From an uncultured bacterium (lineage in GTDB: Bacteria > UBA8481): a stretch of DNA of 64,000 nucleotides. The notes beneath the pieces are model-generated. The model saw nothing but the letters and a program-made list of their open reading frames with translations. It searched no databases and was not told the DNA's origin. The position numbers were made by a program, and so were the translations under genes. The stretch spans positions 1-64,000 of the forward strand of contig CAZCME010000020.1 in assembly GCA_964499705.1 (NCBI GenBank), written 5' to 3'. This document shows positions 28,524 to 40,106 of this stretch, piece after piece (positions within the stretch are counted from its first letter, which is position 1; each line of letters opens with the position of its first letter).

Positions 28524-29804
28524 ATGCAGCCCACCTTGTTCGAGACGGAACCGCAGGCGAAATACCTGGGATCACCTTCCGATCTTTTGAACGACCTCGC
28601 GGGATTTCGATTTCACGGGAGAACGACGGCCGTGAAGGACCTGGCGATCGAGGATGCGCCGGTCACCCCTTCTTTCACGAACGAGTTCTGGACCGCGAAG
28701 CAGCGGGCCGCTCATTCGCTGCACGAGATTTCCTACCGCGCCTGTTTCAAGCCGCAGCTTCCGCGCTTCTTCATCGAGCGGCTCACGCAGCCCGGGGAAC
28801 TTGTCTACGACCCCTTCATGGGAAGAGGAACGACCATCCTCGAAGCGGCGCTCCTGGGCCGCCACGTCGCCGGGAATGACATCAATCCGCTTTCGAAAAT
28901 CCTGTCCCGGCCGCGACTTCATCCTCCCGACGTCGCGCGGCTCGAAAAAAGAATGGCGGAGATCGATCTCGCGGATCACGACGAATTCCCGGAGGAACTG
29001 CTCGTCTTCTATCATCCGGAAACGCTCCGGGAGATCTGCGCGCTCAAGAAATATTTCGCGCGCCGGGTTCGAACGGAGACGATCGATCATGTCGATCGCT
29101 GGATCCGGATGGTCGCGGTGAACCGCCTGAGCGGTCACTCTCCCGGATTCTTTTCCGTCTATACTCTGCCTCCGAACCAGGCCGTCACGGCGAAGAAACA
29201 GGCCGAGATAAACGCGCAGCGGAATCAGTCGCCTCCTCGCCGGGACGTCAGGACGATCATCCTCAAGAAATCACGTACACTCATGTCGGACTGCGATGTC
29301 GGGACGATGAAGGCGCTCTCCACGGCGCGGAAAAAGGCGAAGTTTCTCACGTCGCTCGCGGAACAGACTCCCGGCCTGAGATCCAATTCCGTCGCCCTCG
29401 TCGTGACGTCGCCGCCTTTTCTCTCCATAGTCGACTACGCCCGGGATAACTGGCTCCGCTGCTGGTTCTGCGGCATCGAGGCCGATGCCGTCCCGATCAC
29501 GTCCAGTTCCGCCGTGTCCGCATGGTCGGGAGTGATGCTCGCGAGCCTGAAGGAGCTGAAGCGGGTCCTGAAGCCCGGTGGGTACATTGCATTCGAGGTG
29601 GGCGAAGTGCGGAAGGCGAGCCTGAACCTGGATGAGGTCATGATTCCCGTGGGTGTTTTGGCGGGTCTGGAACCGGTTCTCGTTCTTGTCAATAAGCAGA
29701 AATTCACGAAAACCGCCAATTGCTGGGGAGTCGGCAACAACGAGGGCGGCACGAATTCCAACCGCGTCGTCCTTTTCCGTAAACCGGCGCCGGAATGCCA
29801 CTGA
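28524..29804 (+). CDS. Orphan amino-DNA methyltransferase (N4-C/N6-A)
   Basis: Motif I 'YDPFMGRGTT' precedes motif IV 'VTSPPF'; 'LKPGG'; no adjacent endonuclease. Confidence 0.85.
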   Translation: MQPTLFETEPQAKYLGSPSDLLNDLAGFRFHGRTTAVKDLAIEDAPVTPSFTNEFWTAKQRAAHSLHEISYRACFKPQLPRFFIERLTQPGELVYDPFMGRGTTILEAALLGRHVAGNDINPLSKILSRPRLHPPDVARLEKRMAEIDLADHDEFPEELLVFYHPETLREICALKKYFARRVRTETIDHVDRWIRMVAVNRLSGHSPGFFSVYTLPPNQAVTAKKQAEINAQRNQSPPRRDVRTIILKKSRTLMSDCDVGTMKALSTARKKAKFLTSLAEQTPGLRSNSVALVVTSPPFLSIVDYARDNWLRCWFCGIEADAVPITSSSAVSAWSGVMLASLKELKRVLKPGGYIAFEVGEVRKASLNLDEVMIPVGVLAGLEPVLVLVNKQKFTKTANCWGVGNNEGGTNSNRVVLFRKPAPECH

Positions 29805-29921
29805 ATGTTTGAACAGTTTTGCACACAATAAAATATTTTTGAAAGACCCTAAAGTTATTCCACGCTTCGTCGATAACACTTTTAGCCAGGGAATGGCTGA
29901 AAGACACAAGGAGGTAGAGAC

Positions 29922-30104
29922 ATGAAAGTATACGAGTTGGATCACTGGGTTCTTTTCGACACCTTGAAGCCGGAGCAGATCAACCGCTTGAAGACTGTCA
30001 TCGACAACAAGATTACGCCGGCATCCCCCGCCGCCGATCAGCCCGCCAAGAATTCTTTTCTTTCGATGCTGAACACGGAAACGGACAAGCTGGACGGGAA
30101 ATAA
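29922..30104 (+). CDS. Small hypothetical protein (60 aa)
   Basis: Strong SD AAGGAGG upstream of ATG; followed by a hairpin. Confidence 0.6.
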   Translation: MKVYELDHWVLFDTLKPEQINRLKTVIDNKITPASPAADQPAKNSFLSMLNTETDKLDGK

Positions 30105-30111
30105 AAGAAGC

Positions 30112-30178
30112 GATTTCACATTTCACATTCCTGGCTTAAAATCAGGAATGTGAAATGTGAAATGTGAAATGTGAAATC
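30112..30178. repeat. Hairpin of ATGTGAA heptamer repeats between convergent genes (possible terminator)
   Basis: ATTTCACATTTCACATTCCTG-N9-CAGGAATGTGAAATGTGAAATGTGAAATGTGAAATC. Confidence 0.8.
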
Positions 30179-30182
30179 GGGT

Positions 30183-31763
30183 TTACTCCCCCAACCGCAG
30201 GATCTTCTCCTTCAAAGCAACCTCATTCTCCGATTGCCCCGTCGCCAGCGACGACCTGTAATACCCCAGAGCTTCCTGCCGCCGCCCGAGCTCCATGCAG
30301 ACATCCCCCAGATGCTCCAGGATCGTGGGCTCCGTATCCATAAGGCTCGAAGCTCTTTCGAGCTGCAGCCGCGCCTCCTCGAACTGGCGGCGCTTGAAGT
30401 AGATCCACCCGAGTGAATCGAGATACTGAGGATTGTCCGGCTCCTTCCGCAGGGCGCGGCGGACGAAATCTTCGGCTCGATCCAGCTCGATGCCCATCTC
30501 CGCCCACGAATATCCGACGTAGTTGAGCGCCGACGCGTTGGTCGGTTCGATTTCTATCAGCTTCAGCAGGAGCTCTATCGCGTGCGTCTCCCGCTTCGTG
30601 GCGTGGTGAAGGATGGCGATGTTCCAGATCGTCGATGTGTCGCCGGGGGAGCGATCGATCATCACCTGGGAAATTTCCGCGGCCTCCGAATCCTCGCCGA
30701 GAATCAGGTAGGTCTTCACGAGCGTCAGGCCGATCGCGGATCGCTCGCCGATGTGATAGGCGTTTTCCAGGGACGCGACGAGGATCTCCGTTTCCGTTTT
30801 CGCCTGGGCCGCCACGAGCGCCAGTTCGAGATATCCCGTCTCCGTTCCCGCTTTTTCGGCGAGCGGCACCATGGCTCGAGCGGCCGTCGCGAGGTCGTTG
30901 TTCCGGACCGCGATCTGCGCCAGGAGTTTCCGGATCGCGCCTGATTTGTCGGATGTGATGTCGAGCAGGCGTTCGAGATCATCCTGCGCCTCGTAGAGGC
31001 GGTCATATTCCACGAGGAGCGCGATCTTCTTCCGGAGAGCGTCGTCGCGCTCGGGGTTCATCTTCATGACCAGTTCCCAGGCTTCGATCGCGGCCGAATC
31101 CTCGTCGAGATCTTCCGAGAGGATCGCGACGTTCTCCGCCGCTTCGATGTAGCCGGGATTTTCCCTGAGCGCGGCCCGGAAGGCGTCGCGCGCCTCGGAA
31201 ATGCGCTTGAGGCGCACCAGGGCGACTCCACGGTGAAAATTCGCGGCGGCGGCTCCCGGTCTCCGACCCGGATACCCTGTGAAAGCCCGGACGACTCCTT
31301 CCATGTCGTTGAGGTTCTCGCGGATGAGCCCGAGCCGCAGCCGGGACTCGAGGTCGTCGGGTTTGCCCTCCAGCCTTTTCAGGAGGTATCCGTCCGCGGC
31401 CGCCAGGTCTCCCCGCCCCATCGCCAGTTCCGCGAGAATGATGTACGCGTCGTACGCCGAGGAATCCTCATCCAGCGCTCGGTTGGCGAATTTTTCAGCT
31501 TCCTGAGGGCGACCCGTGCGGTAGTAGGCTTCCGCGAGGCGCACGAGAATTTCCGGTGATGTCTGGTTCAGCCGGTAGGCGCGCTCGTAGTCGATCGCGG
31601 CTCCGAACCAGTTCCCGTGCCGCGCCTTGAACGCGCCGGAACTGTAGAGGCTGAAGATGGCTTGCTCGATGTGCTCGCCGCGGCCGGCGTGCGCGGGCGT
31701 TGATAAAAGTGCCGTTGAGATGACCGAGAAGGCGAGGAAAGGTATGAGGACGGACCGAAACAT
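30183..31763 (-). CDS. Exported TPR-repeat protein
   Basis: Signal peptide, many TPRs, 'ALNYVGYSWAE', 'YLDSLGWIYF', 'ILEHLGD'. Confidence 0.88.
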   Translation of the reverse strand: MFRSVLIPFLAFSVISTALLSTPAHAGRGEHIEQAIFSLYSSGAFKARHGNWFGAAIDYERAYRLNQTSPEILVRLAEAYYRTGRPQEAEKFANRALDEDSSAYDAYIILAELAMGRGDLAAADGYLLKRLEGKPDDLESRLRLGLIRENLNDMEGVVRAFTGYPGRRPGAAAANFHRGVALVRLKRISEARDAFRAALRENPGYIEAAENVAILSEDLDEDSAAIEAWELVMKMNPERDDALRKKIALLVEYDRLYEAQDDLERLLDITSDKSGAIRKLLAQIAVRNNDLATAARAMVPLAEKAGTETGYLELALVAAQAKTETEILVASLENAYHIGERSAIGLTLVKTYLILGEDSEAAEISQVMIDRSPGDTSTIWNIAILHHATKRETHAIELLLKLIEIEPTNASALNYVGYSWAEMGIELDRAEDFVRRALRKEPDNPQYLDSLGWIYFKRRQFEEARLQLERASSLMDTEPTILEHLGDVCMELGRRQEALGYYRSSLATGQSENEVALKEKILRLGE

Positions 31764-31777
31764 GATCCGCTATTCTA

Positions 31778-32233
31778 TCACGCCATCCCTTTGCCGGACG
31801 CCTTAATTCTTGCCCGCGCTCGATCCAGGGAACGTCGCGCTCTCATCCTGTCCACCGGCTCGCGTTCCGTCGCCACGCCGTGTCCCGTTTCCAATCGCTT
31901 CCTCGCGCGTTCCATGGCTTCCCGCGCCCGGGGCACGTCTATATCCCCGGATTTCTCCGCAGTCTCCGCGAGAATGATGACCTTGTTGTCGAGCACCTCG
32001 ATGAAACCGTTCGACACGAATGTCGTCTCGGCCTGTTCTCCTTGTTTCACGCGGAGAACTCCCGTCGCAAGAGCGGCGAGATAAGGAGTGTGGTTGCGCA
32101 GGATGCCGACCTCGCCGTGGATCGCCGGAGCCACGACCATGGTGCATTCGCCGGTCCCGATGCGCCCGGTCGGCGTCACGATCTCGTAATGGATCGAGCC
32201 GCTAGGCGTCTCCGCGTGAGTCGCTTCGCTCAT
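31778..32233 (-). CDS. atpC: ATP synthase F1 epsilon
   Basis: 'EIVTP', 'GEVGILRNHTP', 'GFIEV', 'ILAETAE'. Confidence 0.93.
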   Translation of the reverse strand: MSEATHAETPSGSIHYEIVTPTGRIGTGECTMVVAPAIHGEVGILRNHTPYLAALATGVLRVKQGEQAETTFVSNGFIEVLDNKVIILAETAEKSGDIDVPRAREAMERARKRLETGHGVATEREPVDRMRARRSLDRARARIKASGKGMA

Positions 32234-32237
32234 GCGC

Positions 32238-33683
<1,446 letters not shown>

Positions 33684-34541
33684 TCACTTTAAAGCTTCCG
33701 CTCCGCCCACGATCTCCGCGATCTCCCTCGTGATTCCCGCCTGCCGCAGGCGGTTCGACACGAGCGTCAATCGACCGATCATGTCCGTCGCGTTCTTCGT
33801 CGCCGACTCCATCGATGTCATGCGCGCGCCCATCTCCGCGGAGAACGACTCGAGAAATGCCGTCCAGAGCTCGATGGCGAAATACGTCGGCAGAAGCGCG
33901 GAGAAGACCTCCTGCACATTCGGTTCATACTCGAAATCGACCTGCGCCTTCTTTTTCGCCACCGACGATTCCTGCACCGGAAGGAGCTGTTTCGTTACGA
34001 TCTGCTGCGCCATGGCGGATTTGAATTCGTTGTAGATGAGCCAGACTTCCCCGGCCTCCCCCGCGAGAAACGCATCCACCACGAGATCGCGCAGGTCGGT
34101 GGCGTGAGCCATCTTTAATTCGCGGAAGATGTCGACGTAGGACTGGCGGAGCGGCAGCGAACGGCGCGCGCAGAAATCGCGCGCCTTCCGGCCGACGGTG
34201 ATGATCTCGATGTTTTTTCCGGGTCGTTCCCTCAGAAACCGTGTCAGCTGACGCAGGATGTTCGTGTTGAACGATCCGCAGAGCCCCTTGTCCGCCGTGA
34301 TGACGACCAGCAGGATCTTCTCTCCGCCGGAAGGCCGCAGGAGAGGAGTGTCCGAGACGTCGTGGCGCGACGCGATGTCCGCAAGGACTTCTTCGAGCCG
34401 CCGGGCATACGGCCGGGCCGCGAGGATCGCCTCCTGCGCTTTCCGCAGGCGCGCCGCCGCGACCATCTTCATGGCCTTGGTGATCTTGCTGATGGACCGG
34501 ACGGATCCGATCCGTTTCCGCATTTCCCTCAGTGATGCCAT
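33684..34541 (-). CDS. atpG: ATP synthase F1 gamma
   Basis: 'KITKAMKMVAAA', 'DKGLCG', 'RQAGITREIAEIVGG'. Confidence 0.97.
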   Translation of the reverse strand: MASLREMRKRIGSVRSISKITKAMKMVAAARLRKAQEAILAARPYARRLEEVLADIASRHDVSDTPLLRPSGGEKILLVVITADKGLCGSFNTNILRQLTRFLRERPGKNIEIITVGRKARDFCARRSLPLRQSYVDIFRELKMAHATDLRDLVVDAFLAGEAGEVWLIYNEFKSAMAQQIVTKQLLPVQESSVAKKKAQVDFEYEPNVQEVFSALLPTYFAIELWTAFLESFSAEMGARMTSMESATKNATDMIGRLTLVSNRLRQAGITREIAEIVGGAEALK

Positions 34542-34554
34542 GCGTTACTCTTTC

Positions 34555-34631
34555 TAACCACGAAGACACTAAGGCACGAAGACTTGTTAAAAAAATTGAT
34601 TTTCCTTCGCGTCTTCGTGTCTTCGTGGTTA
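34555..34631. repeat. Inverted array of 9-mer (CACGAAGAC-like) repeats between atpA and atpG
   Basis: TAACCACGAAGACACTAAGGCACGAAG (34555-34581) vs CTTCGCGTCTTCGTGTCTTCGTGGTTA (34605-34631), 24/27 complementary. Confidence 0.85.
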
Positions 34632-34643
34632 ATGCACTTCATG

Positions 34644-36149
34644 TCAGCTACGAGATTTCTTGAATTCGTCGATCGCGGATTTCAATTGCTCCGCGAGCGC
34701 GTCGTCGAGCTTTTTTTCCTTCCCGAGCGTTTCGAGGATCTTCGGATATCGGTCCTCGAGAAACTGGATGAGATCCGTCTCGAACTTCGCGCACTTCGGG
34801 AGCGGCACGTCGTCGAGATAACCGTTCGTGCCCGCGAAGATGATGACGACCTGCCGCTCGGCCGGCATCGGGACGAATTGCCCCTGCTTCAATATTTCCA
34901 CGAGATGCGCACCGCGGTTCAGCTGCGCGAGCGTCGATTTGTCGAGGTCGCCGGCGAACTGCGAGAACGCGGCGAGCTCGCGGTACTGGGCGAGGTCCAG
35001 CCGGAGCCGCCCCGCGACTTTCTTCATGGCCGCGTTCTGAGCGGATCCTCCGACGCGCGAGACCGAAAGTCCGACGTTCACGGCCGGCCGGACGCCGGAA
35101 TAGAAGAGCCCGGACTCGAGGTAGATCTGTCCGTCGGTGATGGAGATGACGTTCGTCGGGATGTAGGCGGAGACGTCGCCGGCCTGCGTTTCGATGACCG
35201 GAAGCGCCGTAAGCGAACCGCCGCCGAGCGCCTTGGAGAACTTGCAGGCTCGCTCCAGGAGGCGCGAGTGGAGATAGAAGACGTCGCCCGGAAAGGCCTC
35301 GCGTCCCGGCGGACGGCGCAGCAGGAGCGAAAGCTGGCGGTAGGCCTGCGCGTGCTTGGACAGGTCGTCGTAGGCGCAGAGCACGTGGCCGCCCTTGTCG
35401 CGGAAATATTCGCCGATGGCCACGCCGGAGTAGGGAGCCAGGAATTGCAGCGGAGCCGGATCGGAGGCGGACGACGAGACGACGATCGAATATTCCATCG
35501 CGCCGGCGTCTTCGAGGATCTTCACGACCTGCGCGACCGTCGACATCTTCTGGCCGATGGCGACGTAGATGCAGATCATGTCGCCGCCCTTCTGGTTGAT
35601 GATCGTGTCGATGATGACGGCGGTCTTTCCTGTCTGCCGGTCTCCGATGATCAGCTCGCGCTGCCCTCGTCCGATCGGGATCATGGAGTCGATCGCCTTG
35701 ATCCCGGTCTGCAACGGCTCCTTCACCGGCTGCCGCGCGATGACGCCCGGCGCCTTGATCTCCACGGGCTGGCGCACCGTCGTCTTGATCGGGCCCTTGC
35801 CGTCGAGCGGCTGGCCGAGCGGATTGACGACGCGCCCCAGCATCGCCTCGCCCGCCGGAATGTCGACGACGCGCCCCGTGGATCGGACGGTGTCTCCTTC
35901 CTTCAGGAGCTTGTAGTCGCCCAGGACGACCGCGCCGACGGTCTCCTCTTCGAGGTTCATCGCCATGCCGAAGACGCCGTGCGGGAATTCGAGGAGCTCG
36001 TTGGAGAGCGCGTCGGAGAGGCCCCAGATCCGGGCGATGCCGTCGCCGACCTGAATGATCGTTCCCACGTTCCGAACGGATGCCTGAGTCGACAATCCCG
36101 CGATCTCGTCTTTGATGGCCCGTGAAATCTCTTCCGGCTTGATCTGCAT
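34644..36149 (-). CDS. atpA: ATP synthase F1 alpha
   Basis: 'GDRQTGKT', '[24 protein letters not shown]'; SD GAGGAG before ATG 36149. Confidence 0.98.
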   Translation of the reverse strand: MQIKPEEISRAIKDEIAGLSTQASVRNVGTIIQVGDGIARIWGLSDALSNELLEFPHGVFGMAMNLEEETVGAVVLGDYKLLKEGDTVRSTGRVVDIPAGEAMLGRVVNPLGQPLDGKGPIKTTVRQPVEIKAPGVIARQPVKEPLQTGIKAIDSMIPIGRGQRELIIGDRQTGKTAVIIDTIINQKGGDMICIYVAIGQKMSTVAQVVKILEDAGAMEYSIVVSSSASDPAPLQFLAPYSGVAIGEYFRDKGGHVLCAYDDLSKHAQAYRQLSLLLRRPPGREAFPGDVFYLHSRLLERACKFSKALGGGSLTALPVIETQAGDVSAYIPTNVISITDGQIYLESGLFYSGVRPAVNVGLSVSRVGGSAQNAAMKKVAGRLRLDLAQYRELAAFSQFAGDLDKSTLAQLNRGAHLVEILKQGQFVPMPAERQVVIIFAGTNGYLDDVPLPKCAKFETDLIQFLEDRYPKILETLGKEKKLDDALAEQLKSAIDEFKKSRS

Positions 36150-36286
36150 TATGAACTCTCCTCGGCAAGCGCTTACGCGCTTTGTGCTCCTGGTTTCCCC
36201 CATGCGGGGTCGCTTCGTCCATGCCAGGCGCGCCTGTCCGTGGACTCATGCGACACGTCCCTCGTGCGCGAGGGGCGCGGCGAGAG

Positions 36287-36295
36287 AGGATAACA
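36287..36295 (-). promoter_or_regulatory. Extended -10 promoter for atpAGDC
   Basis: TGTTATCCT on the minus strand ~135 nt upstream of atpA. Confidence 0.45.
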
Positions 36296-36379
36296 GACGG
36301 CTCCGGGAATTGAAAATCGGAATTTTCGGCTTCCGGCATTCCTATGGCCCCCAGCCCGGCCCGCCGGTAGACTTTCGCC

Positions 36380-36904
36380 GTGAAACGGGGACAGAGCCGA
36401 AGGATCCGAATCCCTCGAATTGGCACGGATCGTCCGCGTCAGGGCGTGACCCTTATCGAGTTTCTCCTTGCGCTTCTTATCTGGAGCATCGCTCTGGCGA
36501 ACCTCCTGCCTCCGGTGTGGCGCGCGGTCCGAAATTCCGCCACGCTTGCGGAACGCGTCCAGACCAGGATGCTCGCGGAGGAAATTCGGGAAGAGATCGC
36601 CGCGATGCTGCGCCGATCGCCGGGCGATACTGTTTCGCCGCCGCCTGTGCCGGGTACGCCGCGATCTTCGTACTCCGCTCCCACGGACTATGACGGCCTG
36701 GAGGAAAAGCCGCCGAAAGATCCGATCGGCCATGACCTTCCGGGAACGGCGCATCTCAAGCGGAAGGTCGAGGTGGAATATGTGGACGTGGAAAGTCTCG
36801 CGGTCGTGTCGGACGATCAATCGGAACTCGTGCGTGTCCGCGTCCGGGTTTTTCGCGGAGACAATGAAGTGGAGTTGCTCGAATTTCTCAGGTCGCTGAG
36901 ATGA
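36380..36904 (+). CDS. Prepilin-type (pseudo)pilin, GspI/PilV-like
   Basis: Class III signal 'RQG|VTLIEFLLAL'; TAGACT-N6-GTG start. Confidence 0.75.
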   Translation: MKRGQSRRIRIPRIGTDRPRQGVTLIEFLLALLIWSIALANLLPPVWRAVRNSATLAERVQTRMLAEEIREEIAAMLRRSPGDTVSPPPVPGTPRSSYSAPTDYDGLEEKPPKDPIGHDLPGTAHLKRKVEVEYVDVESLAVVSDDQSELVRVRVRVFRGDNEVELLEFLRSLR

Positions 36905-37374
36905 CGCGTCGCGGCATTCCGCTCGGAAAAGCGGAACCGGGTTTCACGGTCGTCGAACTCCTCGTGACCGCGGCGCTTGTGGGCATCCTGCTCTCCTTCA
37001 CGATCCGATCGCTTTACGAAATTCTCATCGACAGTTTCTACGTGAAGGACACGACGGTCGCCGCCGCGCAGAACCTCTTCTTCCTGGAAACGCTCGCCCG
37101 CGATGCGCGGATGCGGAATCGCGTCTCGGAAATCGGCCCGACGAAGGTCGCGTTCGTGAACGCGGACGGCGGCGACACCATCGCGTGGACCATCCAGGGC
37201 CGGTCGGCGCTGCGGGAGGTCGGCGGCGGGACGACGTCTCTGCCCATTGTGACGGGCGGCGCGGTCCTGGCCTGGAAGGATGATCCTCCGGGTTGTCGCT
37301 ACCTGTGCGTCACCGGGCAGTTCCGCGGGCTCGGCATGATCGAGCAGGGAATGTCGCTGCGGCTCGATCCTTGA
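36901..37374 (+). CDS. Prepilin-type (pseudo)pilin, GspJ/PilW-like
   Basis: 'PG|FTVVELLVT'; start directly after the upstream stop region. Confidence 0.75.
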   Translation: MTRRGIPLGKAEPGFTVVELLVTAALVGILLSFTIRSLYEILIDSFYVKDTTVAAAQNLFFLETLARDARMRNRVSEIGPTKVAFVNADGGDTIAWTIQGRSALREVGGGTTSLPIVTGGAVLAWKDDPPGCRYLCVTGQFRGLGMIEQGMSLRLDP

Positions 37375-38282
37375 GGAAATTCTTGAACCCGCCGGATCTG
37401 CGCTGCCTCGAGCGCGGTTTCGCTCTCCCTTTCGTCATGGGATTTCTCCTCGTCCTGGCGATGATCATGGGAGCCGTCGTTCTCGCTTTCCAGAATGCGT
37501 CGCGCCAGGTGGGAGAAGCGGAGCGGATCCGGGGCGAACTGGTTCGCGCCGACTCGCTCCTCGAACAGGCGCGTGCGCGCCTTCTCGCAAACCCGTGGCA
37601 TGAACTGGAGGCCGAAGGCCTGGAATCGGCCTGGAACGATGAAGAACCCTGCCTGCTGGGATTCGATGCCGATGCGGACAACTTCGCGCTCAGGGAGACA
37701 TGGATCGTGACGGCCGTGAATCGATTCGCGGTATTCGCCGATGAGGCGGCGGAGATCGGCGACGGGGCCGTCATCGACGGTAAGGTCTTCGCGGGTCATG
37801 AGAAGAGGTATGGAGACACGAGTCTCGTGCGCGCCGCGTTTTACGAGGAAAATGCGGACGACGAAATCACCGCCGATACGTACGGTCCCGAAATCGTCCA
37901 GTCCACGATTGTCTTGAGGCCCGAATCGGGCAAGTCCGTCCGCCTGCAGGGGATCACGATTCTGCAGGGCACATTGATCGTCGATGGCGACGTCGTCCTG
38001 ACCGGAGATTTTTCAGGAACGGCGGAAGAAGGAGAACCGCTTCTCGTGGTGAGCGGGACGATCACCTGCGAACCTCACGATGATGCGACATGGGAGTGGA
38101 CCGGCGTGATCGCCTCCGAAAGCAGCGTCGTTCTGCAGGGGCCCGGTTCGTTCACTGGCACGGTCGCAGGTCACAGCGTGAAGCTCACGGAAATTTCCGG
38201 CACGAGCCAGGAATCGAAATCCATTCGAGGAATGGAACCGCGAATCCGCAGGTTGTCGCGCGAGGAAGTGTGGAGAAAATAG
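37371..38282 (+). CDS. PilX/GspK-like minor pilin
   Basis: 'RG|FALPFVMGFLLV' lacking E5, third in the pilin run; TTGA overlap start (approximate). Confidence 0.65.
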   Translation: MRKFLNPPDLRCLERGFALPFVMGFLLVLAMIMGAVVLAFQNASRQVGEAERIRGELVRADSLLEQARARLLANPWHELEAEGLESAWNDEEPCLLGFDADADNFALRETWIVTAVNRFAVFADEAAEIGDGAVIDGKVFAGHEKRYGDTSLVRAAFYEENADDEITADTYGPEIVQSTIVLRPESGKSVRLQGITILQGTLIVDGDVVLTGDFSGTAEEGEPLLVVSGTITCEPHDDATWEWTGVIASESSVVLQGPGSFTGTVAGHSVKLTEISGTSQESKSIRGMEPRIRRLSREEVWRK

Positions 38283-38287
38283 CCGGC

Positions 38288-38776
38288 TCACGGCGTGGTC
38301 TTGGAATTCCGGCGATCCTGTTCCTCCAGCCAACTCTCGATTCGCTCCATCGAGAAGAATGACGGATGGAGAGGCAGCGAGTCGAACACCAGTGCCGCGT
38401 GAAGACTGCCCCGCTCTCCTCCTTTTGAAATGCGCGCGCTTCGGAGATTCCCGCCGAGGACGGAGGCGATCTCCCCGGGAGTCCCCTCGACTTCCATGCT
38501 CCAGCGCGTCGCGGCTGCCTGGACTTTCACGATCCTGGGGTGAGCGCGATCCGGGCCGGCATCCTTCCCGGGGGGCTCCCCCGTGCGCTTCAATTCCTCC
38601 ACGCGTTGCCGGATGCGAGCAAGCAGGGCTTCGCGGTTTTGCGCGGTGTGGAGCTGTTCGGAGGCGAGCACTTCCTCCGCAGCGGCATGCGAATTGTCCA
38701 GGCGTGCGCTGACGCTCGAAAGGACGATGCAGAGGAAGGACAGAAGGAGCGCGAGATAGGGTTCGCGATTTTCCAT
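38288..38776 (-). CDS. Hypothetical bitopic membrane protein (possible PilO/GspM-like)
   Basis: N-terminal TM plus coiled coil; TGATG coupling to the upstream gene; context only. Confidence 0.45.
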   Translation of the reverse strand: MENREPYLALLLSFLCIVLSSVSARLDNSHAAAEEVLASEQLHTAQNREALLARIRQRVEELKRTGEPPGKDAGPDRAHPRIVKVQAAATRWSMEVEGTPGEIASVLGGNLRSARISKGGERGSLHAALVFDSLPLHPSFFSMERIESWLEEQDRRNSKTTP

Positions 38777-40020
38777 CAGGGATTTCCGCCGGTCCGGATT
38801 TCCATCGCGAATGCCACGTCCTTCTCGTTGCCGAGGATCGAGCTGATCTCCCGGATGCGCGCGTTCAATCCCAGCCGCAGGAGATTCCTCTGCGCCATCA
38901 TCACCTGTTCGCGCTCCGTTCCGTAGCCCGAGACCCGGATCACTCCGGTCTCCCTGTCGTCATGCCGCGCGAGATGGAGCGTCTTGAACGGCAGTCGGAT
39001 GATCTCCGCCTCGATCTGGTCGACCTGGATCGTCTCCACCATGGTGTCCGCCGTAAGAAGAACCATCGCGACCTGCTCCGCGAGATCTCGGCCCGATGGA
39101 GCAAGCCGCTCACCAAGCGCGCCGGCTTCCAGGATCGACGCTTCGGCGGCGAGAGTTCTCTTCTGAGCTTCGTCGCGGAGGGAATCCACCCGTGTCTGGT
39201 TCCAGCGCGCCGGGAATGGCAGGGCGAGTGAAGCCAGGAAGAGCGCGGCCGCGGAGATCCAGGCGAGTCTCCGCTGACGTTGCCCGCGGCGCTTTTTCGT
39301 CCGGATCTGCCGGCGCTCGTACGGTTCCAGGTTGGGCGCCCACGGAAAGGCGCGGCTGCCCCACCGCGTTGCGCCCCAGGCCACGAAATAATCCGGATCG
39401 AGCCCGCCCGCGAGTCCCGCATCCGCATCCTTCGCCCACGAGATCCGTGCTCGCGCGAGAGGCCCGACGAGGATGCGGACGTTCGCGGGAACCTGGCTTC
39501 TTGCGGGCCGGAGATTAATCGCCCTGCCCTGCGGATCGGATCGTTCGATCAGCCACGTCGCGGATTCGTCCGCCCAGATGACGGGGGACGCGCCCGGCAG
39601 ATCCGCGGCTGCCGCGACGAGCGCCGCTGTTTCGAGCCCGACAGCCGTGATGGTGAAGGGGAAGTCGGCAGGGATGCCAAGTCGTGTCCATTCGTCGTTG
39701 ATCGCCGAAAGCGGTGCCAGGAAAAGAAGCCTCCGCGTGGGCCCCAGTGGAATCTGATCCCAGATCAGCTCGCGCGCGGGGCGCTGGAGATCGAGCCCGT
39801 CGAGTGGCGAGGATGAATTCGTCGCGGAAGTATTGTCGATGATGTCGCTGCGGGCTTCCTTCATCCCGGACAAGGCAAGCCTGATGTCGTCTCCCGGCGC
39901 GGCCTTCAACTGTTCGAGAAGCGCCGGCAGCGACCGGGCCGAGCCCACGACGGTCTCCTTTCCCGCGACGCGCACGCCGCGGTAGATCGAGCGCGCGCAT
40001 TCGATTCCCATGATGGCCAC
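38776..40020 (-). CDS. Possible GspL/PilM-PilN-like assembly protein
   Basis: Cytoplasmic domain, basic stretch, one TM, PilN-like C-terminus; TATCAT-N6-GTG supports start 40020. Confidence 0.5.
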   Translation of the reverse strand: MAIMGIECARSIYRGVRVAGKETVVGSARSLPALLEQLKAAPGDDIRLALSGMKEARSDIIDNTSATNSSSPLDGLDLQRPARELIWDQIPLGPTRRLLFLAPLSAINDEWTRLGIPADFPFTITAVGLETAALVAAAADLPGASPVIWADESATWLIERSDPQGRAINLRPARSQVPANVRILVGPLARARISWAKDADAGLAGGLDPDYFVAWGATRWGSRAFPWAPNLEPYERRQIRTKKRRGQRQRRLAWISAAALFLASLALPFPARWNQTRVDSLRDEAQKRTLAAEASILEAGALGERLAPSGRDLAEQVAMVLLTADTMVETIQVDQIEAEIIRLPFKTLHLARHDDRETGVIRVSGYGTEREQVMMAQRNLLRLGLNARIREISSILGNEKDVAFAMEIRTGGNP

Positions 40021-40106
40021 GAAGCCATGATAACGCCCCCATCCCGGAATTCCACGAGGCCATTTCCACGTGGCTATCGGTTGCTCACGTGGTATCTTCA
40101 GGGCGG

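Noticed and set aside
36420-36436. TGGCAC sigma54-like site
   Set aside because: No -12 GC element, and it lies inside a CDS.
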